The translations under genes were made by a program, and so were the position numbers. DNA of 56,124 bases from Exilispira sp. (GTDB lineage Bacteria; Spirochaetota; JAAYUW01): positions 1 through 56,124 of the forward strand of contig JAAYUW010000022.1 of the NCBI GenBank assembly GCA_012517545.1, written 5' to 3'. The notes beneath the pieces were generated by a model that had not been told where the DNA came from, made no database searches, and saw nothing but the letters and a program-made list of their open reading frames with translations. Below, in pieces: positions 10,626 to 19,837 of this stretch. The first letter of the stretch is position 1. Each line of letters begins with the position of its first letter.

Positions 10626-11978
10626 TTAAATTTCTAAAGATCGTTCTATAGATTGCAAAGCCAATTTTACGGCATCTTCTTTATAGTAATCGACCATCGT
10701 CCCGCAGGAAGATAAAATGTAATTTGTATCTATCAATACGCTTGAATTTTGCAGTGGAAGTAATTTTTTATAAACTTGATTAATCCTTATATTTTCAAGT
10801 ATTGAGCGTGCATTTTTTAACCTGGTTAAAGCTCCTCCAGTCCCTATAATGTACTTGATAGCGGTTAGATCTTTGCCTTTTATATATGTTTTTCTTCCTT
10901 CAGGACCAAAAACTTCTATTATATGCCCCGCATGTCTTTCTACTGCTGTTTTAACAGCCTTATCCGTTAGTGTCAAAGAAAGATATACCTCATCATCAGA
11001 ACCAGGCAATGGCTTCAAATGGTGCAAATCAACACCAACAGATTCTTCCTCAAGATATTTTTTGACATTTTCAGCATTAATGTAAACTCCAAGGTCCCCT
11101 TCTACAGTTCTTTTTGCTAAAGGTTCTGGAGCTATGAGAAGTTTTTTAAAATTTAAAGAACCTTCTGTCACTGAATGAACATCGGTTGTTGCACCCCCAA
11201 CATCGATAACAAGAAGATCCCCTATTTTTTTATAAAGCTGCTCCGCTATTTTTAAAACCGCATAAGGTGTTGGAATTATATCTTTGTGAACTACCTCTTG
11301 AAGCTTATCTATCCCTTTTGCATGAATTATATGCTCGGAAAATAACTGCTGTATCGCAAGCCTTGTCGGTTCAATGTTGAATTCATCTATTGATGGGTAA
11401 ACATTTGGTACTATTTTTAATAAAAATCTTGTACTTGAAAATACCTGCTTTATTTCATCTTCTAAAACCTTGTTACCAGCAAACAAAATTGGAATAGGTA
11501 AATCAAGTGAAGCTAACTTCTCAGCATTTTCAAGAATTATCTGCTGCTCTCCATAATCTGTTCCACCAGCAAAAAGGATCATATTTGGTGCAGCTTCAAC
11601 AATCTTGTTCAAGTCTGTTTTTGTGAGAACGCCAGCAGTAAGATATTTTAATACGGCACCGGCACCAAGAGCTGCTTCTTTGGCTGCTCTTGCAGTCATC
11701 TCCCAGGTTAAGCCGGTAGCGACCATCTTAAGTCCGCCGGCTGCAGAAGAATTTGCCAGAACTTCCCCTGTATCAAGACTATCAAAACCAGCTTTTTCCA
11801 TAAGGTCTTTTTTCGCGTTTTCAAACCCTTTTCGAACATCAGAATCGACCGTAGTTAAAGCAATCCCCTGACCTACGTGGGATACTCTGTCAGTTCCAAG
11901 ATGATTAAATCCATTCACTTTAGTAATGGTCGATCCAATTTCAACAATTAAAAGATCAATATTCATAAATACCTTCAA
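10626..11978 (-). CDS. GlmL/MutL-like ASKHA-fold ATPase (glutamate-mutase component L family, putative mutase reactivase-like)
   Basis: N-terminal LIVEIGSTITKV and the second phosphate motif LVIDVGGATTDVHSV are typical of the GlmL family. The protein is Gly/Ala-rich and the gene is visibly GC-richer than its neighbours. The start is possibly the ATG at 11966 (MNIDLL). Confidence 0.7.
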   Translation of the reverse strand: MKVFMNIDLLIVEIGSTITKVNGFNHLGTDRVSHVGQGIALTTVDSDVRKGFENAKKDLMEKAGFDSLDTGEVLANSSAAGGLKMVATGLTWEMTARAAKEAALGAGAVLKYLTAGVLTKTDLNKIVEAAPNMILFAGGTDYGEQQIILENAEKLASLDLPIPILFAGNKVLEDEIKQVFSSTRFLLKIVPNVYPSIDEFNIEPTRLAIQQLFSEHIIHAKGIDKLQEVVHKDIIPTPYAVLKIAEQLYKKIGDLLVIDVGGATTDVHSVTEGSLNFKKLLIAPEPLAKRTVEGDLGVYINAENVKKYLEEESVGVDLHHLKPLPGSDDEVYLSLTLTDKAVKTAVERHAGHIIEVFGPEGRKTYIKGKDLTAIKYIIGTGGALTRLKNARSILENIRINQVYKKLLPLQNSSVLIDTNYILSSCGTMVDYYKEDAVKLALQSIERSLEI

Positions 11979-12042
11979 TTCTTAAATTTTTTAGAAATAA
12001 AAAATGCTAAAAGCAAGTACTTTTAAGTAATTTGTATAAAAA

Positions 12043-12504
12043 TTAAAGTTCATTGCTTTCTCTTATCTTGTTTGCAATATTGTTAAGTTCATCAAAGCTT
12101 ACTTTTTTACCAGATTTTGTACATATATAACCCTCATATTTTTCAAAAAATATTGTATCTTTTGCAAGAATTTGCTTGAACTCTTTTTCAACACCATGCA
12201 AAGGATATAACTTTATATGGGCATGGTTTATCCCCATGCCTTCCATAACCATAGCCACTCGATTAACATTTAACCCTTTTTCAAGTATTTTTACAACTTT
12301 TTTTGTAAATATCATGAGTTTTAAGTAAAATTGATCTGGCATTTCAAATATATAGGAATCATAATGTTTCTTTGGCAATATTAAAGTCATACCATAAGTA
12401 TTTGGCATTGTATCAAGAATAGCTATAAACTCTTCATCTTCAAAAATTTTAGCAGATTGAATTTCGCCATCTACGATTTTACAAAATATACAATTATTTT
12501 CCAT
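12043..12504 (-). CDS. HIT family protein
   Basis: N-terminal CIFCKIVDGEI and a histidine-triad-like GINHAHIKLYP. Confidence 0.8.
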   Translation of the reverse strand: MENNCIFCKIVDGEIQSAKIFEDEEFIAILDTMPNTYGMTLILPKKHYDSYIFEMPDQFYLKLMIFTKKVVKILEKGLNVNRVAMVMEGMGINHAHIKLYPLHGVEKEFKQILAKDTIFFEKYEGYICTKSGKKVSFDELNNIANKIRESNEL

Positions 12505-12867
12505 TTTTATATCCTTATTTATTATTATTAACTATTTCTATCATAATCAGCCTTTACAATATATTTTTCAGAATTTCGGTACTGTCAAGTGGTTTATGTA
12601 AAATTCTATGTGACTAATAATTACTTTTAGTAATAGATGCATATTTAAAAGGATTATTCCATTTTAATGGCTATATAATCTATTTCCAATCATTTAATAT
12701 TCAAAATCTCTCTTCACAACTAAGTATAACATAGTATACACTAATAATCTTGACATTATAAAAAAGTATACTATTATTTTTCAGCTTAAAAAGACCAGCT
12801 TTTAATATTGTAATATTTCGTCCTATGTTTCTATCAACTTTAATTTCAATATACCACAAGAAAATAA

Positions 12868-13935
12868 ATGGAAAAAAATAATAAGATAAACACCGATTTT
12901 GAAAATAGAAAAATGCCCCTGATTGAGCTTTTAACTTCTCAGGAAAATGTATTGCAGCTTGCGAAGACTAAAAATATAGAAAAATACCGATTCGCTCAGT
13001 TTTTTAAATGGATTCTGGAAAAAAAAGTTGTTAACCCTCAAAAGATGAGCAATATTCCCTTAAAGTTCAGGGATTATCTTGAAGAAACTATTGAAATAAT
13101 CCCCTTTAAACTTGAAAAAAATCTTCATGAGGAAAAGACCAGAACAAATAAGCTTTTACTTGAAACTGTAGATAATTTTTTTATCGAGGTTGTTCTTTTA
13201 AATGATGATGATAGAACTACTTTATGCCTCTCAACTCAAATAGGTTGCCCTATGAATTGCTCATTCTGTGCTACTGGCAAGGCTGGCTTTGTGAGAAATC
13301 TTACTGCAAATGAGATGCTTGCGCAGTTTTTGCTGGTGCAGAGTATTGGCTATAAGGTTGATAACATTGTCATCATGGGGATGGGCGAACCTTTCCTGAA
13401 CTTTGAAAATCTTAAAAAGTTTCTCATAGGTTTATGCAAAAACGATATCTCACCTTTTTCTCCTCGCAGGATAACTATCTCAACCTGTGGAGTGGAGAAT
13501 TTTACGGATCTTCTTTTAGACCTTGGTTTACCTATTAAACTTTCTATATCCTTACATTCTCCTTTTAATAAAACCAGGAAAAGCCTGATGCCAAATGCAA
13601 TGGATTTAGAAAAATTATTTTTACAGTGCGAAAAATACCTTGACAGGATAGATAAGAGGATCACTTTCGAGTATTTGCTTATAGACGGACTTACTGATGA
13701 TGATGAGTCTATAAACTTGCTTATCAAAATAGCTAAAAGATTCCATGCATTTTTAAATCTTATAGAGTTTAATGAAATAAAGGGAGTAAATTATAGATCT
13801 TCAACAAGAGAAAAACAGATTATCGATATACTTCAAGAAAATAATGTTGAATTCGCCATCAGGTATAAAAGAGGGAAATCTATAGATGGAGCCTGTGGAC
13901 AATTGGTGTGGACCAGGATAAATGAAAAAAAATAG
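12868..13935 (+). CDS. rlmN: 23S rRNA/tRNA (adenine-C2)-methyltransferase, radical SAM
   Basis: Radical SAM cluster motif CPMNCSFCATG, plus GMGEP and the C-terminal catalytic DGACGQL. Confidence 0.9.
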   Translation: MEKNNKINTDFENRKMPLIELLTSQENVLQLAKTKNIEKYRFAQFFKWILEKKVVNPQKMSNIPLKFRDYLEETIEIIPFKLEKNLHEEKTRTNKLLLETVDNFFIEVVLLNDDDRTTLCLSTQIGCPMNCSFCATGKAGFVRNLTANEMLAQFLLVQSIGYKVDNIVIMGMGEPFLNFENLKKFLIGLCKNDISPFSPRRITISTCGVENFTDLLLDLGLPIKLSISLHSPFNKTRKSLMPNAMDLEKLFLQCEKYLDRIDKRITFEYLLIDGLTDDDESINLLIKIAKRFHAFLNLIEFNEIKGVNYRSSTREKQIIDILQENNVEFAIRYKRGKSIDGACGQLVWTRINEKK

Positions 13936-14821
13936 AACAGTCTTTTATCTTATCTTTACACTTATTTTTTTCTCCTCTTTTGAACTTGTTTCCAAGATGA
14001 TTAATATTGATGCTTTCATCTTAACCGGTCTCAGGTTTTTCCTTGGTGGACTCTTTATCTTTCTTTTTAGCCCGGGCAATATTATTCTGGAATATTCAAA
14101 ATTATCTAAAAATTTAAAATTTAAGGTTATTATATCTGGTTTTATAAATGTTTGTATGGCCATGTTGTTACTTCAAATATCGGTTAAGCTTGGCAATGCT
14201 TCGACTTCGGCTATAATAATAAGCTCAAATCCCCTATTCGTTTTTATATTCCTGGCAATAAAGGATTTTAGAGAAAGAAATAAATTTGCAGTTAAAAATA
14301 TTTTTAAGCTTTTAATTCTTCTAGTTGGTATAATAGGGATTTTTATTATAATGTACAAACCAGATAAAGGTGATAATCTTCTTGCAATAGTTCTTGCAAT
14401 AATTGCCTCTATCTCTTTTGCATACTATACGATCTATTCTCAAAAACTTTTAAAAAATGTTTCTCCTCTTACATTGAATTCAATTTCATTTGGTGTAAAT
14501 GGTTTAGTTTTATTTATTGGATCTTTAATTTTTTCATCTAAATCAATTGGTGAAATATTTATATATTTTGATATTATTCAACTTGTCCTGTTGATAATAC
14601 TTTCATTTGGAATAACAGGACTTGCTTATATAACCTACTTTAAAGCTCTTATAAATATTGACGCTGGGACTGCATCTTTAGTATTTTATTTAAAACCTGT
14701 GGTTGCAACATCTTTAAATTATTTTATTTTACATGAAGCAGTTGGTTTACCAAAGATAATTGGTATTATTTTAATACTTCTGACTCTTTTTTTATATAAC
14801 GGTCTAAAAACAAAACTATAA
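13922..14821 (+). CDS. EamA/DMT family transporter
   Basis: About 10 predicted TM helices in two EamA-like halves. Overlaps the rlmN stop by 14 nt. Confidence 0.8.
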   Translation: MKKNRTVFYLIFTLIFFSSFELVSKMINIDAFILTGLRFFLGGLFIFLFSPGNIILEYSKLSKNLKFKVIISGFINVCMAMLLLQISVKLGNASTSAIIISSNPLFVFIFLAIKDFRERNKFAVKNIFKLLILLVGIIGIFIIMYKPDKGDNLLAIVLAIIASISFAYYTIYSQKLLKNVSPLTLNSISFGVNGLVLFIGSLIFSSKSIGEIFIYFDIIQLVLLIILSFGITGLAYITYFKALINIDAGTASLVFYLKPVVATSLNYFILHEAVGLPKIIGIILILLTLFLYNGLKTKL

Positions 14822-14991
14822 AAATCGAGAGTTCAGGAATAGAACTGACTATAATACTACCTAGGCTATGAAATAAAGGTCGATACAATTTAAAAATTGA
14901 AGAATAGACTTGACAACAATATTAAGACCAGGATCATAAACCGATTACTGGAGTAAAGAAATCAATTATACATAAAATTATGGAGGAATAG

Positions 14992-15279
14992 ATGGCACCA
15001 ACATACGATTTTAAATGTGAAGAGTGCAATAATTCATTTGAAAAATGGCTTTCAATAAAAGATGAAAAGATTCCACAGTGCCCATATTGTGGATCAATAA
15101 AGGTTAAAAAACTTATTTCTGCAGGAAGTGGAATAGTATTTAAAGGTTCTGGTTTTTATACGACAGACTATAAGATGAAAGAATCAAAAAATGCCGAAAG
15201 TTCAAAAAATAATGTGAAAGCCGATTCTTCATCAAATAAGGTTGACGCTGGTTCATCATCAACAAGAAAAGATATCTAA
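14992..15279 (+). CDS. FmdB family zinc-ribbon protein with Ser-rich tail
   Basis: YDFKCEECNNSFE...CPYCGS arrangement characteristic of the FmdB/CxxC_CxxC_SSSS family. GGAGG RBS. Confidence 0.75.
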   Translation: MAPTYDFKCEECNNSFEKWLSIKDEKIPQCPYCGSIKVKKLISAGSGIVFKGSGFYTTDYKMKESKNAESSKNNVKADSSSNKVDAGSSSTRKDI

Positions 15280-15286
15280 ATATACA

Positions 15287-15466
15287 TTAATGGCGCTCCT
15301 GAAATAAAGTATAAATTTAAAAAAAACTATCTAACAGATATGTGCAGGAGCGCGTAAACCGCCTTGAAAAGGCCTGAAGGCCTTAAAAAGGCGTAGAAGG
15401 CACAAAAGTGCAAAAAAGAAAAATAAAAAGCTAGCAAAATCTACCTTTTTGCAGGAGAGCCATTAA
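15287..15466. repeat. inverted-repeat-bounded, GC-rich structured element (MITE/REP-like or small RNA locus)
   Basis: Ends are TTAATGGCGCTCCTG (15287-15301) and CAGGAGAGCCATTAA (15452-15466), complementary at 14/15. An internal copy CAGGAGCGC (15345-15353) can also pair with the left arm. An interrupted 12-bp hairpin cgcctt-gaa-aaggcc-TGAA-ggcctt-aaa-aaggcg spans 15360-15393. TA dinucleotides flank ATGGCG...GCCAT. Confidence 0.5.
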
Positions 15467-15562
15467 GCGAAAATTTATCTATATATCTGTACCCTGATGT
15501 TACGATTTTAGGTAATGATAGTAGTAAAAAAGATGAAAAAGTATTAACTTCTTATCTTAGAA

Positions 15563-15868
15563 TTAAGATTTCAAACTTGAAATGAATGAATAAATCCCGA
15601 CCATAAAAAATGCCCCAAATATTGTTGCCAGTGTGTTTATCCCGAGTGGCCATTGAGTTAATAACTTAAATATATCATTAAGAAAATAGGAACCCAGAGC
15701 AGAACCTATAAGACCAAAAAATATTGCAAGCAGAAACCAGAAATTTGAATTGAATCTCTTTTTTAAAAAGTAATAGTAATATAGAGCACTTCCAACTCCA
15801 ACTATGGCGTATATAAAAATATGAATAATAAACCTTATAACAGGATCATTTAAAATATTGTACTGCAT
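15563..15868 (-). CDS. small integral membrane protein (3 predicted TM helices)
   Basis: Hydrophobic 101-aa ORF with Gly-zipper-like GLIGSALGSY. No family recognised with confidence. Confidence 0.5.
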   Translation of the reverse strand: MQYNILNDPVIRFIIHIFIYAIVGVGSALYYYYFLKKRFNSNFWFLLAIFFGLIGSALGSYFLNDIFKLLTQWPLGINTLATIFGAFFMVGIYSFISSLKS

Positions 15869-15939
15869 ATATTTCTCCGCTGATTGTAGATCGCACTTAA
15901 ATTAAAATGCTAAAAGAAAAAATCAATTTTTACCCTGTA

Positions 15940-16530
15940 CTATTTAAAAGTCAAAGTTACCATATTTGTAGTAACTGAAAATGCAGGAAAAATGAATAGA
16001 CGATTGCTTGTATCAAGTCCCGAAGGAACGAGATATAAATATATTGTTGTTCCATTTTTGCTATTGTTAACAGACATCGATTCTTGCTCTGAATCTAAAA
16101 GAACATACATGTTTCGAATCTTATTTTCATAAAACCGTGAAATGAAGTTTGATCCTGAAATGGAAAAAGTAAAAGGGATATCATCTTCAATAGTGAGAAA
16201 ATCGGTAAGTTCACCGGTAAGTGGTATTGTTGAAACAATTCGAGATTCATTATCTTCGTAATATAAAAAATAGCCATTTTTCAGATATCCATCTGCATCT
16301 TTATAGTAGAATAAATACCCTTTAAAGTATGATTCTTTATTTGATGAAACAAACTCTATATTCCATAAATCATAACTACTTCCACTTGAACTTATAGCAA
16401 AAGTTTTTGTAGTGGAGATCGGTAACTCTAAAGGTGGCATTGGTTCAGGTAAACCACAGCATGAAAAAATACAAAATAATATCGATAATGTAAATAAAAT
16501 AAATCTCTTCAGATTATTTATCATAGACAA
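15940..16530 (-). CDS. hypothetical lipoprotein
   Basis: Signal peptide ending in the lipobox-like IFSCCG. No recognisable domain. Confidence 0.55.
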   Translation of the reverse strand: MSMINNLKRFILFTLSILFCIFSCCGLPEPMPPLELPISTTKTFAISSSGSSYDLWNIEFVSSNKESYFKGYLFYYKDADGYLKNGYFLYYEDNESRIVSTIPLTGELTDFLTIEDDIPFTFSISGSNFISRFYENKIRNMYVLLDSEQESMSVNNSKNGTTIYLYLVPSGLDTSNRLFIFPAFSVTTNMVTLTFK

Positions 16531-16701
16531 CTTATTTAAAGCAAATTTGCATAAAAATCAACAATTTTCGTTTTTCTGAGTTGACAATGTTAAACTAATT
16601 CTAAAATCGACTTGTCACTTGAAATTTAACAGTGTCAAGATAATCAATGACATTCAAAATTAAAAGCTTTACCAATACAAAAAAGCGCGGAGCAATAATT
16701 A

Positions 16702-18759
16702 TTATAGCACTTTTTTATACTTCTTTAAAAGAGAATCAACATCGAAGTCCTCTTTTACATCAAGTAGTTCATATATTGAAACAGGTATACTCTTGCCTTT
16801 TACTCTTATTTTATCAAGCAATCGACATATAAAGTAGTCTTTTACCTTTTGATAAGTGAATTCCGAGATTATAATATTTGTGACATAAATTTTATTTGTT
16901 CCTTCAAGTCTTGCACCAGTGTTTACAGTGTCTCCTATCAAGGTATAATCCATTCTGCTGGTAGAACCCATGTTCCCAACAATTGCATCACCTGTATTTA
17001 TACCAATGCCTATATTGAGACGATACTCAGGGGGCATTTCTTTATTGAACTCACCAAGTTCATTCATCATTTCAAGTGCAGTCAAACAGGATAAAATAGC
17101 ATGATCTTCCTGTGGAAGAGGAGCATTCCAGAAAGCCATAATTTCATCACCAACATATTTATCCAGAGTACCTTCATACTTAAAGATAGTAGCTGTCATT
17201 CTGGAAAGATAATTATTTAAGATATTTACTATCTCCTCTGGTTGATATTTTTCAGAAAGAGAAGTAAAATCTCTTATATCTGAAAATAGAACAGATATTT
17301 CCTTTCTTTCACCACCAAGTTTTATCATCTCAGGATGTTTTAACAGTTCATCTACTATTACCTTTGATACAAAGTTAGAGAATGTACTTCTAATAAATTT
17401 CTTCTCCTTTTCTTCAGTAAGTATCCTGTAAGCAAGAATACCTGCAAAAGTCAGAATTATAGAAAGAAGAACTGAAGTGAATGGTATAAGAATCTCGCTT
17501 TTAAACAATATAAAGCTGACAAAAACATAGGCGACTATCATCAAAGCTGAAAAAATATAAGTTTTTACCGTGGAAAGTTTTGATACTATTATCGAGAAAG
17601 ATAAGGTAAGAATAAGAATTATTAAAAAGCCATAAATAAATGGTAGTTCATAGTAAAATGAAGAACGCATTAACTGATTAAAGGCAAGTGCCAGGTATTC
17701 TACTCCATACATTAATCCAGCTGGTGTCGGATACACATCTCTTGCAGCTCCAGTTGTATAAATTCCAATAAAAATATCCTTATCTTTAAAATAAGCTTCT
17801 TTAACTTCTGGATCCATCTGCTTTGGATCATATAGATCATAGATTGATGTTCCATGAAAAATATTACTTGCATTCCCGATATAGTTTATCCTCATCTGCC
17901 CGATAGAATCTATCGGTATTTTTATATTCTTCTGCGGGATGGTTATAGCTCTTCCAAAATCGATCTGTATTTCAGAAAATTTAACACCTATTTTATCAAG
18001 ATAATACAAAAAAATCTGATTGAAATATATCTGATCTTCAAAAACATAAACGAGAGGAATAAATCTAACTATTTCATCGGATTGAGGGATTGTTGAAGGG
18101 GATCCAAAGGCTTTTTCAGAACCTATATATTCCTTATATGGTGGTTGCAACTCCTTCCATCCTATATTTAACTTTTTCTTAGCGATATCATCAATTGGTT
18201 TTCCCTTATATTTTGCAACGGATAAAGGTAAAGAATAATTTTTTTTAATATACTCTATTTCGTTTTCTCCATATGTAGATATTGACTTTTTGCTGCTAAG
18301 GTAATATTGCATATAAACATTGCCAAGTTTTTTGAAGACCTTTGCAAGTTCAGGATCATATGGTGCATCTGTATCTCTTGTTGAAAGAAATGCTATATCG
18401 AGTACTATCCCGTTTGGAATAGGATTTCCATTTTTATCGATAAATGATTCAAATACAGGTATATATTTTTTTCGAGGTATTGGCCACTCACCCATTTTTT
18501 CTGGACTTAATGCACGCCCATCGATTGTGACAAGCTCAATAGAGTCCAATGCCTCAGGATTTTGTGAGGTGATTTCTATCTGTTCTTTTGGTACTTTTGG
18601 TGCAGCACCAGGTATTTTCATCCTTGTAAAAAGATCGTATATGGAAGTTCTATCCAGGTTGATAAGCAAATTATAAAAGATAGTAACAAATAAAGATACA
18701 CAGATAGCAATAAGAAGCATAACGACAAATTTATTGCCTTTAAATTTACCTGGTTTCAT
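16702..18759 (-). CDS. CHASE2 sensor domain-containing class III adenylate/guanylate cyclase
   Basis: N-terminal TM helix, a large extracytoplasmic domain, three TM helices, then a cyclase domain with VLFSDIRDFTSLSE, GDEIMAFWNAP, GINTGDAIVGNMGS and DYTLIGDTVNTGARLE. Confidence 0.9.
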   Translation of the reverse strand: MKPGKFKGNKFVVMLLIAICVSLFVTIFYNLLINLDRTSIYDLFTRMKIPGAAPKVPKEQIEITSQNPEALDSIELVTIDGRALSPEKMGEWPIPRKKYIPVFESFIDKNGNPIPNGIVLDIAFLSTRDTDAPYDPELAKVFKKLGNVYMQYYLSSKKSISTYGENEIEYIKKNYSLPLSVAKYKGKPIDDIAKKKLNIGWKELQPPYKEYIGSEKAFGSPSTIPQSDEIVRFIPLVYVFEDQIYFNQIFLYYLDKIGVKFSEIQIDFGRAITIPQKNIKIPIDSIGQMRINYIGNASNIFHGTSIYDLYDPKQMDPEVKEAYFKDKDIFIGIYTTGAARDVYPTPAGLMYGVEYLALAFNQLMRSSFYYELPFIYGFLIILILTLSFSIIVSKLSTVKTYIFSALMIVAYVFVSFILFKSEILIPFTSVLLSIILTFAGILAYRILTEEKEKKFIRSTFSNFVSKVIVDELLKHPEMIKLGGERKEISVLFSDIRDFTSLSEKYQPEEIVNILNNYLSRMTATIFKYEGTLDKYVGDEIMAFWNAPLPQEDHAILSCLTALEMMNELGEFNKEMPPEYRLNIGIGINTGDAIVGNMGSTSRMDYTLIGDTVNTGARLEGTNKIYVTNIIISEFTYQKVKDYFICRLLDKIRVKGKSIPVSIYELLDVKEDFDVDSLLKKYKKVL

Positions 18760-18908
18760 TTTAACCTTCTTTAGCTAATTTATCTCCTGTAAAAAGATAG
18801 TATCTGTAGTATATTTTCTCCAGATTAGTACAATATTTCAACAATAACATTCATATATATCATTATAAAATATTTTATGCTAATTTGCAATTGTCTAAAA
18901 TTTAATTT

Positions 18909-18955
18909 AAAAAAAACCTCCTGAGTTATCTCAAGGTAAGATAAAATCAGGAGGT
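18909..18955 (-). terminator. rho-independent terminator after the 259-aa TPR gene
   Basis: On the minus strand a 9-bp stem acctcctga/tcaggaggt (18916-18924 / 18947-18955) is followed by a run of eight T (18909-18916 on +). Confidence 0.7.
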
Positions 18956-18997
18956 ATAATATTAATAAACATTTTATTTGCGATCAAGGAACAGTTT

Positions 18998-19777
18998 TTA
19001 TTTAGTAGATGAGGATTTTTGAGCTTCTAACTCTAATAAAAGAATGCTATTTTTGATCTTTTTATCCATGGCAAGGTATGAGGATGCATAATCTTTTTCA
19101 ATTTTATGATAATATTCCAGTGCCTTATCAATATTATTGTCCATCTCATATATTCTTCCAAGCAAATAGCAGGAAAGAGCACCAAAGACATCCTTCTTAT
19201 ACTTTTTATACATTATTAAAGCATATTTTTCAGCTTCATCAAGTTTACCAAGGTTTATATATGATTGAACAATACCAAAATAAACATTCGAGTTAAAATG
19301 AGAATTTTTTTCTCTAATTTTCATAAGATTATCTATCGATTTTTGATAGTTTCCATCAAGATAATCCATCAAACCCAGGTAGTAATATGCTCTTGTAGCT
19401 TCTTTGGTATATGGGTATTTTTTGATTATTTTATTTAATGCTGGATCTATCTTTTCTCTAAGCACTCTTTTATCACCAATAGTACCATATTTATCTATGT
19501 ACATTGTGATATCATCGTAAACTGTTTCTAAAAGTACAAGAGATTTATTTTCAGCATTTTGAACAACCAGACTATAAACAAACAGACCAATCAGAACAAG
19601 CAAAATAAAACCAAATATTGATATAACTGCGACTTTATTTTTCTTCAAATAGTAAAAGAATAGATCAACATTATAGCTAAATGCCGTTGGATAATTCTTT
19701 CTAATCGGTTTATTAAACTGTTTCATCAAATCTCCTTTTGTTTTTGCCCTCTGGATAAAAATTAAGAATGAAATCAA
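18998..19777 (-). CDS. membrane-anchored TPR repeat protein
   Basis: One TM helix (VAVISIFGFILLVLIGLFVYSLV) followed by TPR-like repeats. The likely true start is the ATG at 19726, 5 nt after AAGGAG. Confidence 0.65.
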   Translation of the reverse strand: MISFLIFIQRAKTKGDLMKQFNKPIRKNYPTAFSYNVDLFFYYLKKNKVAVISIFGFILLVLIGLFVYSLVVQNAENKSLVLLETVYDDITMYIDKYGTIGDKRVLREKIDPALNKIIKKYPYTKEATRAYYYLGLMDYLDGNYQKSIDNLMKIREKNSHFNSNVYFGIVQSYINLGKLDEAEKYALIMYKKYKKDVFGALSCYLLGRIYEMDNNIDKALEYYHKIEKDYASSYLAMDKKIKNSILLLELEAQKSSSTK

Positions 19778-19803
19778 ATATATCCTTAAGATATAAAATA
19801 GAC

Positions 19804-19818
19804 TCTTCCTGGCGAAGA
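19804..19818 (-). terminator. weak terminator-like hairpin, member of the GAAGAG repeat family
   Basis: The minus strand reads tcttc-gccag-gaaga, then gtctatttta. The 14-mer GAAGAGTCTATTTT is identical to 35134-35147 (+). Confidence 0.35.
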
Positions 19819-19837
19819 TGATAAAATATAAGAAAAA

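Noticed and set aside
15287-15466. Considered 6S RNA, SRP (4.5S) RNA or a riboswitch for the GC-rich structured element.
   Set aside because: In 6S RNA the 5' and 3' halves must pair, but here both halves are A-rich on the same strand. SRP helix-8 signatures (GNRA loop with conserved AGCA/GGAA) are absent. No gene lies downstream in either orientation, since the flanking genes are convergent, so a cis-acting riboswitch makes no sense.
16581-16639. TTGACA ... TGTCAA inverted hexamers and a TTGACA-N15-TAAAAT promoter-like string between the cyclase stop and the lipoprotein start, together with the 61-aa ORF at 16647-16832.
   Set aside because: The spacing is off (15 nt). The ORF overlaps the cyclase 3' end antisense and has no RBS. 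The evidence is too weak to call a promoter or a gene.
19778-19837. Search for sigma54 (-24 GG / -12 GC) promoters downstream of the activator and in other intergenic regions.
   Set aside because: No TGGCAC-N5-TTGC-like element with correct spacing was seen by eye. CTGGCG at about 19809 is on the wrong strand and lacks a -12 element.
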